Shown here: positions 14,715 through 29,160 of the stretch, piece after piece
Layout: the number at the start of each line of letters is the position of its first letter
How positions within the stretch are numbered: position 1 is the first letter of the stretch
Source: Octopus vulgaris
Lineage: Eukaryota
Assembly: GCA_951406725.2 (NCBI GenBank)
Contig: OX597827.1
Coordinates: 64,108,001 to 64,172,000, forward strand
Length of the DNA stretch: 64,000 nt
Direction of reading: 5' to 3'
The notes under the pieces: generated by a model
Databases searched by the model: none
Seen by the model: the letters and a program-made list of their open reading frames with translations, nothing else
What the model was told of the DNA's origin: nothing
Program-made: the position numbers and the translations under genes

Positions 14715-15560
14715 TATGAATCACTCTTCGTTACCAGCTTTCCGTGGTGATGTAAGGGTTTGGTTCGCATAAATAGAGTCGTACTTCGCGACAAGCAAGT
14801 AATATTACCTCAGACCAGCAACAGCTGTGGAGACGCAATGGCACAATGGTTAGGACAGCGGACTCGCGGTCGGAGGATCGCGGTTTCGATTCCCAGACCG
14901 GGCGTTGTGTGTGTTTATTGAGCGAAAACGCCTAAAGCTCCACGAGACTCCGGAAGGGGGTGGTGACGACCCCTGTTGGACTCTTTCGCTCCAATTTTCT
15001 CTCACTCTTTCTTCCTGCTTCTTGTCCCCGACTTCGTACGCAACCGCTGAGCCTGGATGCGCATTCATCCATCCGTCGATGCTCTCGGTATCGGGGGTTG
15101 ACCTGCTTTCTGTTCTGCGGGTCTTACGAACAGCAAAGGACCACGTTTCGGACTTCTCCCATCTTGTGAGCTCTGAGACGAAGACCGTTCGCTCAACAGC
15201 AACAGCTTCATGCTTTATTGAGTGCCATTCTTTCTTCTTTGGCATTTTATCTGAGGGATCTTATAACTGACCCACTGAAGGAAACGTCTTATTTTTCAAA
15301 TAAAAATGTTCTTCGTAGGATGTCTTTTCCAACTGAGAAGCGTTTCCGCACATTGGTGAATGATGAATATTCGGGTGACAGGACGCCGACCCAACTCCTT
15401 CGGAGGATGCGGGAGCTTACCGAGGGATCATCAGGGGACAACTCTATGCTTGAACAGCTCTTCTTTTCCCGTTTGCCTTCCAATGTGCAGGCCATTCTTG
15501 CCCCTATGATGGCGGTTAGTACAGTGGATCAGTTGGTTTCTTTAGCTGGATAGAATTTTG
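14715..15560 (+). mobile_element. Gypsy-type gag pseudogene fragment interrupted by a SINE
   Basis: LPAF..DVRVWFA.IESYF before the SINE and GDRTPTQLLRRMREL...LFFSRLPSNVQAIL...DQLVSLA after it. Confidence 0.7.
14827..15196 (+). mobile_element. SINE family A head with alternative 3' tail
   Basis: Same ~190-nt head, unrelated tail, 11-bp TSD CAGCAACAGCT. Confidence 0.88.
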
Positions 15561-15575
15561 GAATACACTGACAAC

Positions 15576-15629
<54 letters not shown>

Positions 15630-15810
15630 GGGGTAGGGATCCTTCACCAAAAAACTTTTCTCTTGCTCTTACAAAAACTAAGGACCCCACCTGAAGAATG
15701 CGATGGAAATCTTTCGTTCTTCTTTCTGGATTTACTATATATATATACATATATACATATATATATATATACACACACACACATATATATATATACATAT
15801 ACATACATAT

Positions 15811-15874
<64 letters not shown>

Positions 15875-16177
15875 GTATGTGTGTGTGTGTGTGTGTGTAC
15901 ATGTATATGTATATATACATAAATACTCGCATGTAGACAGGCAGGCAGACAGATAGATAAAGACACAGACAGACGGACAGAAATATAGAATGATAAACAT
16001 ATTCACATAGTGTACAAACACACACACACACACACATTTACATTCTTGTTTAACATGAAATTGTATAATGTTAAATATATGAGGACATGTGTGTGTATAA
16101 GTGTGTGAGGGGGTAGCGCATATGTGTTTATCTGTGTGCATGTGAATGTTTGTTAGCATGTGTGTGTGTGTATGTGT

Positions 16178-16226
<49 letters not shown>

Positions 16227-16431
16227 TGAGCGTGAGTGTGTTTGTCCGCGAGGGCACGGTTCATTTGTGTGTGTTGTATTATTGTCTATATGAAACTGCG
16301 TAACTTTCATGAAAATACAAAACAAATTGTTTGTGTCTCACGCTGTGGTAATGTCACGACGGCCTGCAACCTCGTCTGGCTTATCAATGCTTATTGCGGT
16401 CGGTATATAGCAAACAATAACTGTGTATATA

Positions 16432-17674
16432 CACAGACATGCAGGAAGTAAATAGACACCTTTAATATTCAAAATTTCTAATCTAAGCGTCTTAATATGT
16501 TTTCAGCGGTGTAGAATTTACAATGTAATTATTTTTTTTTCATTCCAGTTGCCATTATATTAAACATTTGCGAAGAGGAACCATGCCACGCACAAAAAAT
16601 TCAGCAGAACTATCAGATTTTCAAAGAGGTCGTATTGTTGGGCAATCTGAGGCTGCTCTTAGCCAGCGAAAAATTGCTCAAAATCTTCAAATTTCTCTTG
16701 CAATTCAAAGCCAGGGAAAAGAATCAACAGATTCTCGTCCCGGCCGATCTGGGCCCTCGGAAAAGAAGCTTCACTGTTTGAAGATAATTGTGGAAAACAA
16801 ATCCCGTTCGAAGGCTTCTGACATTGCAAAACAGTTAAAAGTTAGTCCAAGAACATGTGTTACATATCTGCATAAGCTTGGGTATTATGGACAAGCAGCT
16901 AAAAGAAAATCTCTCTTTCAACCAATTAATATCATGAAAAGAAAGAAATGGGTTAAGGAGATGTCAAAAACATCCAGTTCATATTGGGATAGAGTGATTT
17001 TCCAAATTTGCATTAATTTCAGACAGTGGATGGTATTTGGGTCTGGAGGCTTCCCAATCAAGAATTTGATTTGAAACGACTCTAACCAACTGTGAAACAT
17101 GGCGGTATCTCTGTAATGGTATGGGGAGCTGTCACCAGCAATGGTCGTTCCAAGCTGATCGAATGTGTTGGAAAAAATACTCTGAAAAATACATCGAAAT
17201 ACTTAAGCAAGGACTACTCCCAATGTATTCACACGATAACATAACGAAAAATGAGTTTTTATTCATGGAAGATGAGGCTCCATGAGACACAGCGAAAAAA
17301 GAATCAACAATGGCTGACTGAAAATGGGATCAAAAAGCTTCTTTGGCCGAGCAAATCTCCTGACATGAACCCAATTGAAAATCTTTGGAGCATACTAGAT
17401 AGAGCTATACGAAAAACTCGACAGAAACGTAAATCTAAAGATGACTTGTTTCGATTGTTGCGTGAAAAGTGGGCAGAAATTCCACAAGAGACAATCACAA
17501 AGCTCATCAGTTCAATGCCAAAAAGAGTTTCGAAATTAAAACTGCAAAAGGAATGTCGACTAAATACTAAAGTATGTAGTCCTACCTATCGATTACATTT
17601 CAATTATTCGCTTTGCGTATTAAATAAAAGATTTTGAAAATTAAAGGTGTCTATTCATTTCCTGCATGTCTGTG
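16432..17674 (+). mobile_element. Tc1-family DNA transposon with frameshifted transposase (16583 to about 17570)
   Basis: TIRs CACAGACATGCAGGAA.T.AATAGACACCTTTAAT with left TA. Translates to an HTH start [33 protein letters not shown] and WPSKSPDMNPIENLW. Confidence 0.93.
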
Positions 17675-17779
17675 TTTAGTGGGGCCCAAGAGTAGGTTTA
17701 CAGTTATTCAACTACTTCTTTAGCATTCATTCATATATTAACAATTTAGATCTTAATTATAAAAAAATACGAAACCTTT

Positions 17780-18758
17780 ATTCTTATTTCTGTATTGCCC
17801 ACAAGGGGCTAAACAAGGACAGACAAACGGATTAAGTCGATTACATCGACCCCAGTGCGTAACTGGTACTTAATTTATCGACCCCGAAAGGATGAAAGGC
17901 AAAGTCGACCACGGCGGAATTTGAACTCAGACGAAATACGGCTACGCATTTCGCCCAGCGTGCTAGCGTTTCTTATTTCTTTACTACCCACAAGGGGCTA
18001 AACACAGAGGGGACAAACAAGGACACACAAAGGGATTAAGTCAATTACATCGACCCCAGTGGGTAACTGGTACTTAATTTATCGAACCCGAAAGGACGAA
18101 AGGCAAAGTCGACCTCGGCGGAACTTGAACTCAGAACGTAACGGCAGATGAAATACCTATTTCTTTATTACCCACAACGGGCTAAACACAGAGCGGACAA
18201 ACAAGGACAGACATAGGTATTAAGTCCATTACATCGACCCCAGTGTGTAACTGGTACTTAATTTATCGACCCCGAAAGGATGAAAGGCAAAGTCGACCTC
18301 GGCGGAATTTGAACTCAGAACGTAACGGCAGACGAAATACCTATTTCTTTACTACCCACAAGGGGCTACACACAGAGGGGACAAACAAGGACAGACAAGC
18401 GGCTTAAGTCGATTATATCGACCCCAGTGCGTAACAGGTACTTAATTTATCGACCCCGAAAGGATGAAAGGCAAAGTCGACCTCGGCGGAATTTGAACTC
18501 AGAACGTAACGGCTGACGAAATACCTATTTCTTTACTACCCACAAGGGGCTACACACAGAGGGGACAAACAAGGACAGACAAGCGGCTTAAGTCGATTAT
18601 ATCGACCCCAGTGCGTAACAGGTACTTAATTTATCGACCCCGAAAGGATGAAAGGCAAAGTCGACCTCGGCGGAATTTGAACTCAGAAAGTAACGGCAGA
18701 CGAAATACCGCTAAGTATTTCACCCAACGTGCTAACGTTTCTACCAGCTCGCCGCCTT
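17780..18758 (-). mobile_element. head-to-tail multimer (5 units, about 182 bp each) of SINE family C
   Basis: Direct reading of the tandem units. Confidence 0.9.
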
Positions 18759-19089
18759 CGAAGCCTTTATTCTATTAGTTGATTTAGTTAATTTTGTCAA
18801 GCTCCCCTAACATAGAAATTTATATGTAATAAAATGTAATAAAATGTTTTAAAACAAATCTAAAGTGCTAACGTTTCTACCAGCTCGCCGCCTTAGAAAT
18901 TTAAATGTAATAAAATGTTTTAAAAGAAATCTAAAGTGCTTACGTAATAACTGTAAGCCTACTTGTGGGTCACCCTGCATATAAAACGTTTGACCTACTG
19001 ACACGCAAAACAGACGAACAAACAATCCTTACGTTAGACAGAGCAGTAATCCTTCTCCCACTTCCACGTTTTATTATTTATCTCCCACC

Positions 19090-19134
<45 letters not shown>

Positions 19135-19420
19135 TCTCGACCTTTTTTTTAAAGTTTACTTTTAATCCTTTCTGTCACCCTTTTGTCTCAGGATCATTAT
19201 TTGTAGTAGTTGATACTTTGCTTTCCCTCTTCAATACACGCACACACGCACGCACACATACGCACGCACACACACGCACACACGCACGCACACACACACA
19301 CACACACACATACACACACACACACGTTCACACACAGACGTATGTGTATATATAATCTCTGCTTACGTGTGCGTGTATGTGTATATGTAGCTTAGGCATA
19401 CCGAGATTAATAACCTCGTG

Positions 19421-19454
<34 letters not shown>

Positions 19455-19836
19455 TGTATGTATGTATGTATATATATGTATATTATATACAAAATAAGAA
19501 AATGGAGGAATAGATTATCAACTTCCAGATAATACCAATTCATATAATTTATTAACTAATTATTTAGATTATATTTAATCTAAATAAATTATATGAATAG
19601 GTATTATCTGGAAGTTGATGATTGAAAGAAATCTATTACTCCATTTTCTTATTTTGTATTATGAATTTGAGGTAAAACATTTTGCCTTCGTCCATATAAT
19701 ACAATAAATGAATTAATTGCATTGCAACTCTTAGCATTTATGTATTAGCCTTCTGGGTACTTTACTGGCAGTATATTGGATAAATGATATCCCATAGTGG
19801 GTTACACTCATAACCCCTATCTCACTTTGTATTATG

Positions 19837-19879
<43 letters not shown>

Positions 19880-19959
19880 CAAAATAAGCAACAAGGATAT
19901 CTAGAGGTAATTCAGTACGATCGTTTCAAGCAAATCCATTTAGTTGGACAATGCAAGCA

Positions 19960-20720
19960 TCACGTCAACTGGTACTTAATTTATCGAACCCAAAAGGATG
20001 AAAGACAAAGTCAACCTCGGTGGAATTTGAACTCAGAACGTAAAGACAGACAAAATACCTATTTCTTTACTGCCCACAAGGGGCTACACACAGAGGGGAC
20101 AAACAATGACAGACAAACGGATTAAGTCGATTATATCGACGCCAGTGCGTAACTGGTACTTATTTCATCGACCCTGAAAGGATGAAAGGCAAAATCGACC
20201 TCGGTGGAATTTGAACTCAGAGTGTAGCGGCAGACGAAATACCGCTAAGCATTTTGCCCGGCGTGCTAACGTTTCTGCCAGCTTGCTGCCTTAAAAAAAT
20301 AGCCTTTTCTATACTAAGCACAAGGGCCAAAACTGTTGGGGAGGTGGTCAGTCGATTAATCGATCCCAGAACACAACTGGTACTTAATTTATCGACCCCA
20401 AAAGGATGAAAGACAAAGTCGACCGCGGCGGAATTTGAACTCAGAACGTAAAGACAGATGAAATATCGCTAAGCATTTCGCCCGGCATACTAACGTTTCT
20501 GCAAGCTCGCTGCCTTAAAAAAATATCTTTTTCTACTATAGTCACAAGGCCTGAAATTTTGGAGGAGAGGGCCAGTCGATTACATCGAGTCCAGTACTCA
20601 ACTGATACTTAGTTTATCGACCCCGAAAGGATGAAAGGCAGAGTCGACCTCGGCGAAATTTTAACCCAGAACTTAAAGACGGACGAAATGCCGATATACA
20701 TTTTGTCCGGTCTGCATACG
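19960..20720 (-). mobile_element. multimer of SINE family C
   Basis: Four consecutive core-containing units. Confidence 0.85.
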
Positions 20721-21336
20721 ATTCTGATAATGATAATGATTTCCTACATAGATCTCAGTATATGACTGGTATAAATGGTATTTATTTCAGCAACTCCATC
20801 GCAGCGAGCCGGCCGAATCGTTACTGCTCCAAACAAAATGTTTGGCGGCTTTTCGTCGCTCTGAGTTCAAACTGCGCTGAGATTGACTTTGCTCTTTATT
20901 CTTCCGTGGTCGATAAAATTAATACCTGTTGAACACTGGTGTCGGTGTAATTGAATGACCTCCTCTCCTAAACTTTCAGGCCTTGCAACAACAGCAGAAA
21001 GAATTATTCATGAAGAGAGCTGGGAGATTAATAAGAATCTTGGACAAAAACCCTAGCGGCATTTCGTCTGACTCATTGTTTTGCGTTCAACTAACCCTGG
21101 GGACAACTTTTCAGTTTATCCTTTCGGAGGTCAATAAAATACAGTACCAGCCAAGTACTGGAGTTGATGTAATCGTCTTCCCTTCAAAACTGTTGGTCTT
21201 ATACCAAAATTAGGGAGAATCTCAACAATCTCCTCAGGATTAAAGACAAGGTCGACCTCTCTGAGTTTTGAATTTACATAACGGTATCTGTTAGGAAGCT
21301 CGTCATATATATACTTCCTAACACACACCCCATATG

Positions 21337-21421
<85 letters not shown>

Positions 21422-21573
21422 TAATAATAAAAAATGAACGAACTATTGAGTTTAGTTTAATGGCCTACCAATGTATACTATGAGTTTCTTTGCCCTAGGA
21501 GTCGGGAAGACACCCGGCAAGAAATGGAAGCAAATTTGAAAGAAGAAAAAAATAATAATAATAATAATAATAA

Positions 21574-21611
<38 letters not shown>

Positions 21612-22038
21612 ATGGGTTACAGCAAATATTCTGACCAATACCACAGACTTGCATGTCAGTTGTTTGACCTTAACCAGTTGAGCATGTCCCTTAGAGGCTG
21701 ACGATATGTGCATCTCCGATCACGAGCAGAAGTAGTGGGGGGGGGGGGCAGCATCATAACCATGTGTTGAGTGGGGAATCTTTGGGGGTTTGAATAATTC
21801 ACCTCTGGAAACATCCTTAAACAACTCTTATTCAGGGAACTTTTGAACGGGATGGGTTACTCGACCAGAAGAAAATTTCCAACTGGGCCCCACCTGCATA
21901 TCTTGATATGAAATCACCATATCGCGCGCACATATGGTTGTGATGCACGTGCCTGGTGTACACTTATCAGACGAGTAGTCTTCGTATATGTTGTTACTCC
22001 AGTGTCACTTTGATGGCATGCACTGCTCTCTCACTCAA
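21612..22038 (+). mobile_element. retroposon family D, 5'-truncated
   Basis: Homology; flanked by trinucleotide tracts. Confidence 0.82.
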
Positions 22039-22105
<67 letters not shown>

Positions 22106-22207
22106 GCTACTTCTACTACTACTGCTACTACTACTACTACCCCCACTACTACTACTACTACTGCTACTACTACTACTACCCCCACTACTACTACTACTAC
22201 TACCACC

Positions 22208-22289
<82 letters not shown>

Positions 22290-22290
22290 A

Positions 22291-22380
<90 letters not shown>

Positions 22381-22601
22381 CAATAATAATAATAATAATA
22401 ATAATGATAATAAAAAGTAACAACCAAAGAATGAGGCCTTGCTATTAGATAAATAGAGGATTATTTATGTATGTTATGATTTAGAACAAACAGTTAAAAG
22501 GTTGTCATTATAAAACTCGGAGTTTCGAACGTCGGAGCGAAGAGCTACGATGCATTCTCGTCGGCTATTAATGGCAACATTTATACGACGGGCTTCCTAA
22601 A

Positions 22602-22633
<32 letters not shown>

Positions 22634-22852
22634 ACAAGTCAGCAAAGAAATGTAAAAAAAAAAGGTGGAAGAAAAAGTACTGGAATACCAAAGGTAGAGT
22701 ATAATGGTATTTTGTTAAAGACACTTTTGATGAACGGTCACCTGAAGCTCTGAGTAACAGCATGTGAAAGTTTTTTTTTTTTTAAGCTCTAAAAAATAGT
22801 ATATTTATATGTGTGTGTTTGTACATGCAAGCATATGTATGTTTGTTTACCT

Positions 22853-23378
22853 GTATGTATGTATGTATGTATGTATGTATGCATGTATGTATGTATGTAT
22901 GTATGCATGTATGTATGTATGTATGTATGTATGTATGTATGTATGTATGTATGTATGTATGTATGTATGTATGTATGTATGTATGTATGTATGTATGTAT
23001 GTATTTACGTATGTATGTATGTATGTATGTATGTATGTATGTATGTATGTATGTATGTATGTATGTATGTATGTATGTATGTATGTATGTATTTACGTAT
23101 GTATGTATGTATGTATGTATGTATGTATGTATGTATGTATGTATGCATGCATGCATGCATGCATGTATGTATGTATGTATGTATGTATGTATGTATGTAT
23201 GTATGTATGTATATATGTATATATGTATGTATGCATGCATGTATGTATGTATGTATGTATGTACGTACGTATGTATGTATGTATGTATGTATGTATGTAT
23301 GTATGTATGTATGTATGTATGTATGCATGTATGTATGTATGTATTTATGTATGTATGTATGTATGTATATATATATGT
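22853..23378. repeat. (ATGT)n microsatellite
   Basis: Direct reading. Confidence 0.98.
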
Positions 23379-23767
23379 CATGGTATTTGTTTTTGTGCCC
23401 AACACCGCTTGATCACGGGTGGTTTGTTTACGTCACCGTGAGTTAATAACTCGACAAAAGGGACAAGACAGAATAAGTTTCAGCCTTAAAATAATTACTT
23501 GGGTTGACTGGTCCCACTAAATTCTTCAACGCGGTGCTCCAGCATGGCTACAGTTCAATAACTGAAGCAATTAAAATATATAAAAGGTAAATGGTAAGAG
23601 AAAAAATTTCGACTGCTGTTAGAATGTAAATGGGTACTTCAAACCGCGTACTATAAAAAATCCACGACCATTATGCGCTGTACACGACCATTATTCACAG
23701 ATATGTCACCGAGTGTGTGATAGTAGAAATTGTATTATTTTCACCTACATGGAACAGTGGAGTGCTG

Positions 23768-23990
23768 TGGCGAGCTAGCAGAAACGTTAGCACGCCGGGC
23801 GAAATGCGTAGCCGTATTTCGTCTGTCGTTACGTTGTGAGTTCAAATTCCGCCGAAGTCGACTTTGCCTTTTATCCTTTCGGGGTCGATAAATTAAGTGC
23901 CAGTTACGCACTGGGGTCGATATAATCGACTTAATACCTATGTCTGTCCTTGTTTGTCCCCTCTATGTTTAGCCCCTTGTGTGTAATAAA
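23768..23990 (+). mobile_element. SINE family C monomer
   Basis: Homology. Further monomers lie at about 12297-12508 (-) and 42474-42690 (+). Confidence 0.85.
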
Positions 23991-24188
23991 GGTACATCGG
24001 CTGAGTTTTAGTTCGTTGCTCCACTACACCAGTCGAACAGTGAACGAAATGACTTCTGGTGTTTCGTTACATTCTTTGGTATACCTATACAAATGTGCAC
24101 CCTAAGAATTTGTTTCCTCATAACTTAATGAATATTTTCTAATGAAATGTTTTACGAATTCCTTTCAGAAGGTGTATAGATTACGATT

Positions 24189-24576
24189 GGTGGAGGCGCA
24201 ATGGCCCAGTGGTTAGGGCAGCGGACTCGCGGTCATAGGATCGCGGTTTCGATTCCCAGACCGGGCGTTGTGAGTGTTTATTGAGCGAAAACACCTAAAA
24301 GCTCCACGACGCTCCGGCAGGGGATGGTGGTGATCCCTGCTGTACTCTTTCACCACAACTTTCTCTCACTCTTACATCCTGTTTCTGTTGTACCTGTATT
24401 TCAAAGGGCCGGCCTTGTCACTCTCTGTGTCACGCTGAATATCCCCGAGAACTACGTTAAGGGTACACGTGTCTGTGGAGTGCTCAGCCACTTACACGTT
24501 AATTTCACGAGCAGGCTGTTCCGTTGATTCGGATCAACCGGAACCCTCATCGTCGTAACCGACGGAGTGCTTCCAC
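24189..24576 (+). mobile_element. tRNA-derived SINE family A, full length
   Basis: A box TGGCCCAGTGG, B box GTTTCGATTCC, 11-bp TSD AGATTACGATT. Confidence 0.92.
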
Positions 24577-25241
24577 AGATTACGATTATATCGGAATTTA
24601 ATGTGTGATAAAAGAAAAAAGAAAATGGTGGAGGCGCGCTGATATATATTACATCCTTATTTACAAAAGAAAACTTGAAATTTTGAAAAAAAATCTGTGA
24701 CGTGTGTTAGTATATATATATATATATATATATATATTTGCGCACCCAACATTTTTATTCTTGTTTTACATTAAGTCCTCGTGCAATCGTTATCTACGTC
24801 ATCCTAAAGCTTTTTGCAGAAATTTCGTTTAAAAAATACCCGTGTTTCTGAAAGTTATTAGGAAACAAAGTCAACACGTTTGAATTATCCGAAACTATCA
24901 CCTTTCAAAAATCTACAGTTCTATATGAGGAATTATATACATTATTTACATTTGACAGATATTTGTCCTCATCTTGTTTGTTGTTAACACAACATTTCGG
25001 CTGATATACCCTCCAGCCTTCATCAGGTGTCTTGGGGAAATTTTGAACCTGGCGTAGTGGTTAAGAGCGCAGACTACTAACCTCAAGATTCCGAATTCGA
25101 TTCCATGTAGTGACTTGAATAATAATAATAGTCGTCGTCGTCGTCGTCGTCGTAGTAGTAGTAGTAGTAGTAGTAGCAGCAGCAGCAGCAGTAGTAGTAG
25201 TATTAGTAGTAGTAGTATTAGAATTAGTAGTAGTAGTAGTA

Positions 25242-25276
<35 letters not shown>

Positions 25277-25325
25277 TATTATTATTATTATAACATTGAA
25301 AAATACTTTAGGAATGAGAACCTAA

Positions 25326-25371
25326 AACACCTGATGAAGGCTGGAAAGTATATCAGCCGAAACGTTGTGTT
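25326..25371 (+). ncRNA. minimal type I hammerhead ribozyme (Penelope-type)
   Basis: AACAC CUGAUGA A GGCUG-loop-CAGCC GAAA CG UU GUGUU: stem I AACAC/GUGUU, palindromic stem III AACGUU. Inverted copies at 24986-25031 and 10365-10410 (the latter with GGAA). Confidence 0.75.
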
Positions 25372-25765
25372 AACAACAAACAAGATGAGGATAAATATCC
25401 GTCGAATGTAAATAATGTAAGTAAGATTCCGATATAATCGGAATATCCACCATCTGAAGAGCATTTGTAGAAAATTTCATTAGAAAATACCAAATTTTCT
25501 TTAAGTTATGAGGAAACAAATTTGGTCCTTAAGAATTAACCGAAATTCCTAACCCCGCCCCCGAAAAGATTTTTTGCAACAAATTCCGATTTAACGGAAT
25601 CTACATCATCTGGACGGTATTTGTAGAAAATTCCATCAAAGAATATTCGTTTCTCTAACAGCTATGAAGAAACCGTATGTAGAGGGTTACTCGTTTCTTC
25701 ACGAATCATAATTTAAATCCTGTTCCCCGAGTTAACATTGTTTTTCTTGCAGAATCATAGACAAC

Positions 25766-26165
25766 CATGGCTGTGTGGTAAGAAATTTGCTTCCTAACCA
25801 TATGGTTTCGGGTTCAGGCCCATTGCGTGGTACATTGAACAAGCGTCATTTACTATAGCCCCGAGTCGACGAAAAGCCTTGTGATGGATTTGATAGCATG
25901 AAAGCCTGTCGCGTGTGTGTATGTGTCTGTTTGTTTGTGCGTGTGTGTGTGCGTGTGTTTGTGTTTGTGTCTGTTTCCCACCGCTTGACAACCGGTGTTC
26001 ATTTGTTTCCGTCCCCATAACTTGGCAGTTCGGAGAAAGTGACCGATTGAATAAGAACCAAACTTCAAAAAAGCACCGGGATCGATTTGTTCGACTACCA
26101 CCCTTCAAAGCTGTGCTGCAGCTTGGCCGCGGTCCAATGACTGAAACAAGTAAAACATAAGAGAC
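25766..26165 (+). mobile_element. SINE family B, diverged
   Basis: Homology to the other copies. Confidence 0.75.
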
Positions 26166-26407
26166 TTCTTTTTAATTATGGTACAAAGCCAGCAATTTTG
26201 AGGAGAAGGGGCCAAATGGATTTTAAAAAAAGAAAAGAAAAAATACCCCAGTATGTGACTGTTACCACATTTTATCGTCCTCGAAATGCGAACTCGACCT
26301 CGGTGTGATTTGAGCTCAGAACGTAGAGAACTGGATGTAATGTCACTTAACATTTTATCCGACGTGCCAACGATTCTGCTAGCAGGCCACATTTGGCTAG
26401 TCAATAT

Positions 26408-26788
26408 GTGGAAGCACTCCGTCGGTTACGACGACGAGGGTTCCGGTTGATCCGATCAACGGAACAGCCTGCTCGTGAAATTAACGTGTGGATGAGCACT
26501 CCACAGACACGTGTACCCTTAACGTAGTTCTCGGGGATATTCAGCGTGACACAGAGAGTGACAAGGCCGGCCCCTTTGAAATACAGGTACACCAGAAACA
26601 GGAAGTAAGAGTGAGAGAAAGTTGTGGTGAAAGAGTACAGCAGGGATCACCACCATCCCTGCCGGAGCCTCGTGGAGCTTTAGGTGTTTTCGCTCAATGA
26701 ACACTCACAACGCCCGGTCTGGGAATCGAAACCGCGATCCTACGACCGCGAGTCCGCTGCCCTAACCACTGGGCCATTGCGACTCCAC
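26408..26788 (-). mobile_element. SINE family A, full length
   Basis: Near-identical to 24189-24576, with 13-bp TSD GGCTAGTCAATAT. Confidence 0.92.
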
Positions 26789-27016
26789 GGCTAGTCAATA
26801 TACCACTTGTAACGTGGGGAAGCGTTGGTAGGTGAAAGTCTTGTAACAGAGGATAAAAAACAAATGACTCATGATTGTAAGGGAGGTAATCCTGTATGAA
26901 TGTGAAATCTTAATCTTTTCTAAAAAAGTGAGAGTAGTCTCCCTTTGATTCATGTCCCGTTGCTTTTTTTTTTTATCAGTGCACACCCGCATTGTCATGT
27001 TATCGTGACGTGTAAA

Positions 27017-27426
27017 TCTATCTTTATATATAAAAGTCAAGTTGTGAGTCTGTCTCCTACGATTTAGATTCCTAACTACTCCCACATTTTGCGGTGCAGT
27101 TTTACCAAAACCGGGTATCTTATAGTCGTGATTCATATCGAGCCCTTCTGGGTATTAGCGCGCGTCTACGATGAGTCTACGTTGAGTCTACGATTTAAAA
27201 AAAAATTACCATAATTTTTTCCCATTTTAATGCATTTTCGCTATTATATAAGGGAAGTAACTCTCTAAACATGTCTACGATGAGTCAACGATTTAAAAAA
27301 AATTTACCATAATTTTTTTTCCATTTTTAATGCATTTTTTTTGCTACTTTTTGGCTATAACTCTCTAAAAATGCTTATATAGTTATTTCCCTTACAAACC
27401 CGAGCAACGCCGGGCGATACTGCTAG
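27017..27426 (+). mobile_element. non-autonomous Helitron
   Basis: A|TC start, subterminal hairpin CCCG.GCAACGCCGGG, CTAG|T end, no TSD. Confidence 0.85.
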
Positions 27427-27611
27427 TTTATTATAAGAGCGAAGATCACATTTGTTTCTCGCTTCTTTATGGTGCAAAATATTAACGTCACCTATGGAAA
27501 TTTCTGTTAGAATTAATGTAGAGCCTCATATAGGCTTCATTACGAGTGAAAAATATCAGCCTATCTGTCTGTCTGTCCGTCTTTCTCGCCCACTGTCTTT
27601 TTATTATATTT

Positions 27612-28118
<507 letters not shown>

Positions 28119-28278
28119 AAAGTTAAATGCGATACAATAAAATTAATTATTATCGCCGGTGTTCTTAGCACACGCCATATATTATTCATATATAAGTACA
28201 TTAAAAGGCGAAGTGTGTACTAGATACACAAAAGCTGGATAAATTTAATGAGATGAAAATTAAAAACTTTTACATATG

Positions 28279-28309
<31 letters not shown>

Positions 28310-28314
28310 GTATA

Positions 28315-28390
<76 letters not shown>

Positions 28391-28431
28391 TGTATGTATG
28401 TATCTAAGCTATCTATCTATCAATCTATCTA

Positions 28432-28486
<55 letters not shown>

Positions 28487-28502
28487 ATACAAACATACAT
28501 AC

Positions 28503-28534
<32 letters not shown>

Positions 28535-29160
28535 CATCATCATCATTTAACGTCCGTTGTCCACGCTGGCATGGCTCAGACGGTTTGACGGGGCTGGCAC
28601 GCTGGAAAGCTGCACCAGACTCCGGTCTGATTTGGCAAGGTTTTCTCCGGCTGGATGCCCTTTCTAACGCCAGCCTCTCTGAGAGCGTAATGGGTGCTTT
28701 TACGTGCCTCTGGCAAGGATGCTATTTGCGTGACACCAGAGTGATTTTACGTGCCACCGGCACGTGTGCCAATTAGAATGACACCGGTATCTGTCACGAC
28801 TGCGATTTTGATCGGTTCGATAGGTTTTCTTCTCAAGCACGACATAATGCTAAATGTCTGGGTCCTTTCGAGCTTTGGTCCTCCGTGAGGACCAAAACTT
28901 GAAAGGAACTCAGTCACTTTGCCTCCGTGAGGCCCAACGCTCGAAAGGTGTTCTTTATGTGCCACCGGCATGGGTGCACTTGGTCTGTCGGGTCCTCTCA
29001 TGCACAGCACATCGCCAAAGGTCTCGGTCACTAGTCATTGCCTGTGAGTTTCAAAGTTCAAAGATCATGCTTCACCACCTCGTCCTATGTCTTCCTGGGT
29101 CTGCCGCTACCACAGGTTCCCTCCACGGTTAGAGATTGGCATTTCTTTACACAGCTGTCC
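28535..29160 (-). mobile_element. RTE-clade LINE 3' end with (GAT)n tail
   Basis: VEGTCGSGRPRKT.DEVVKHDL...DRDLWR C-terminal motif. A related tail fragment lies at about 32183-32330. Confidence 0.7.

Noticed and set aside
24189-24265. tRNA gene
   Set aside because: A and B boxes are present but there is no proper cloverleaf. It continues into a SINE body with TSDs.
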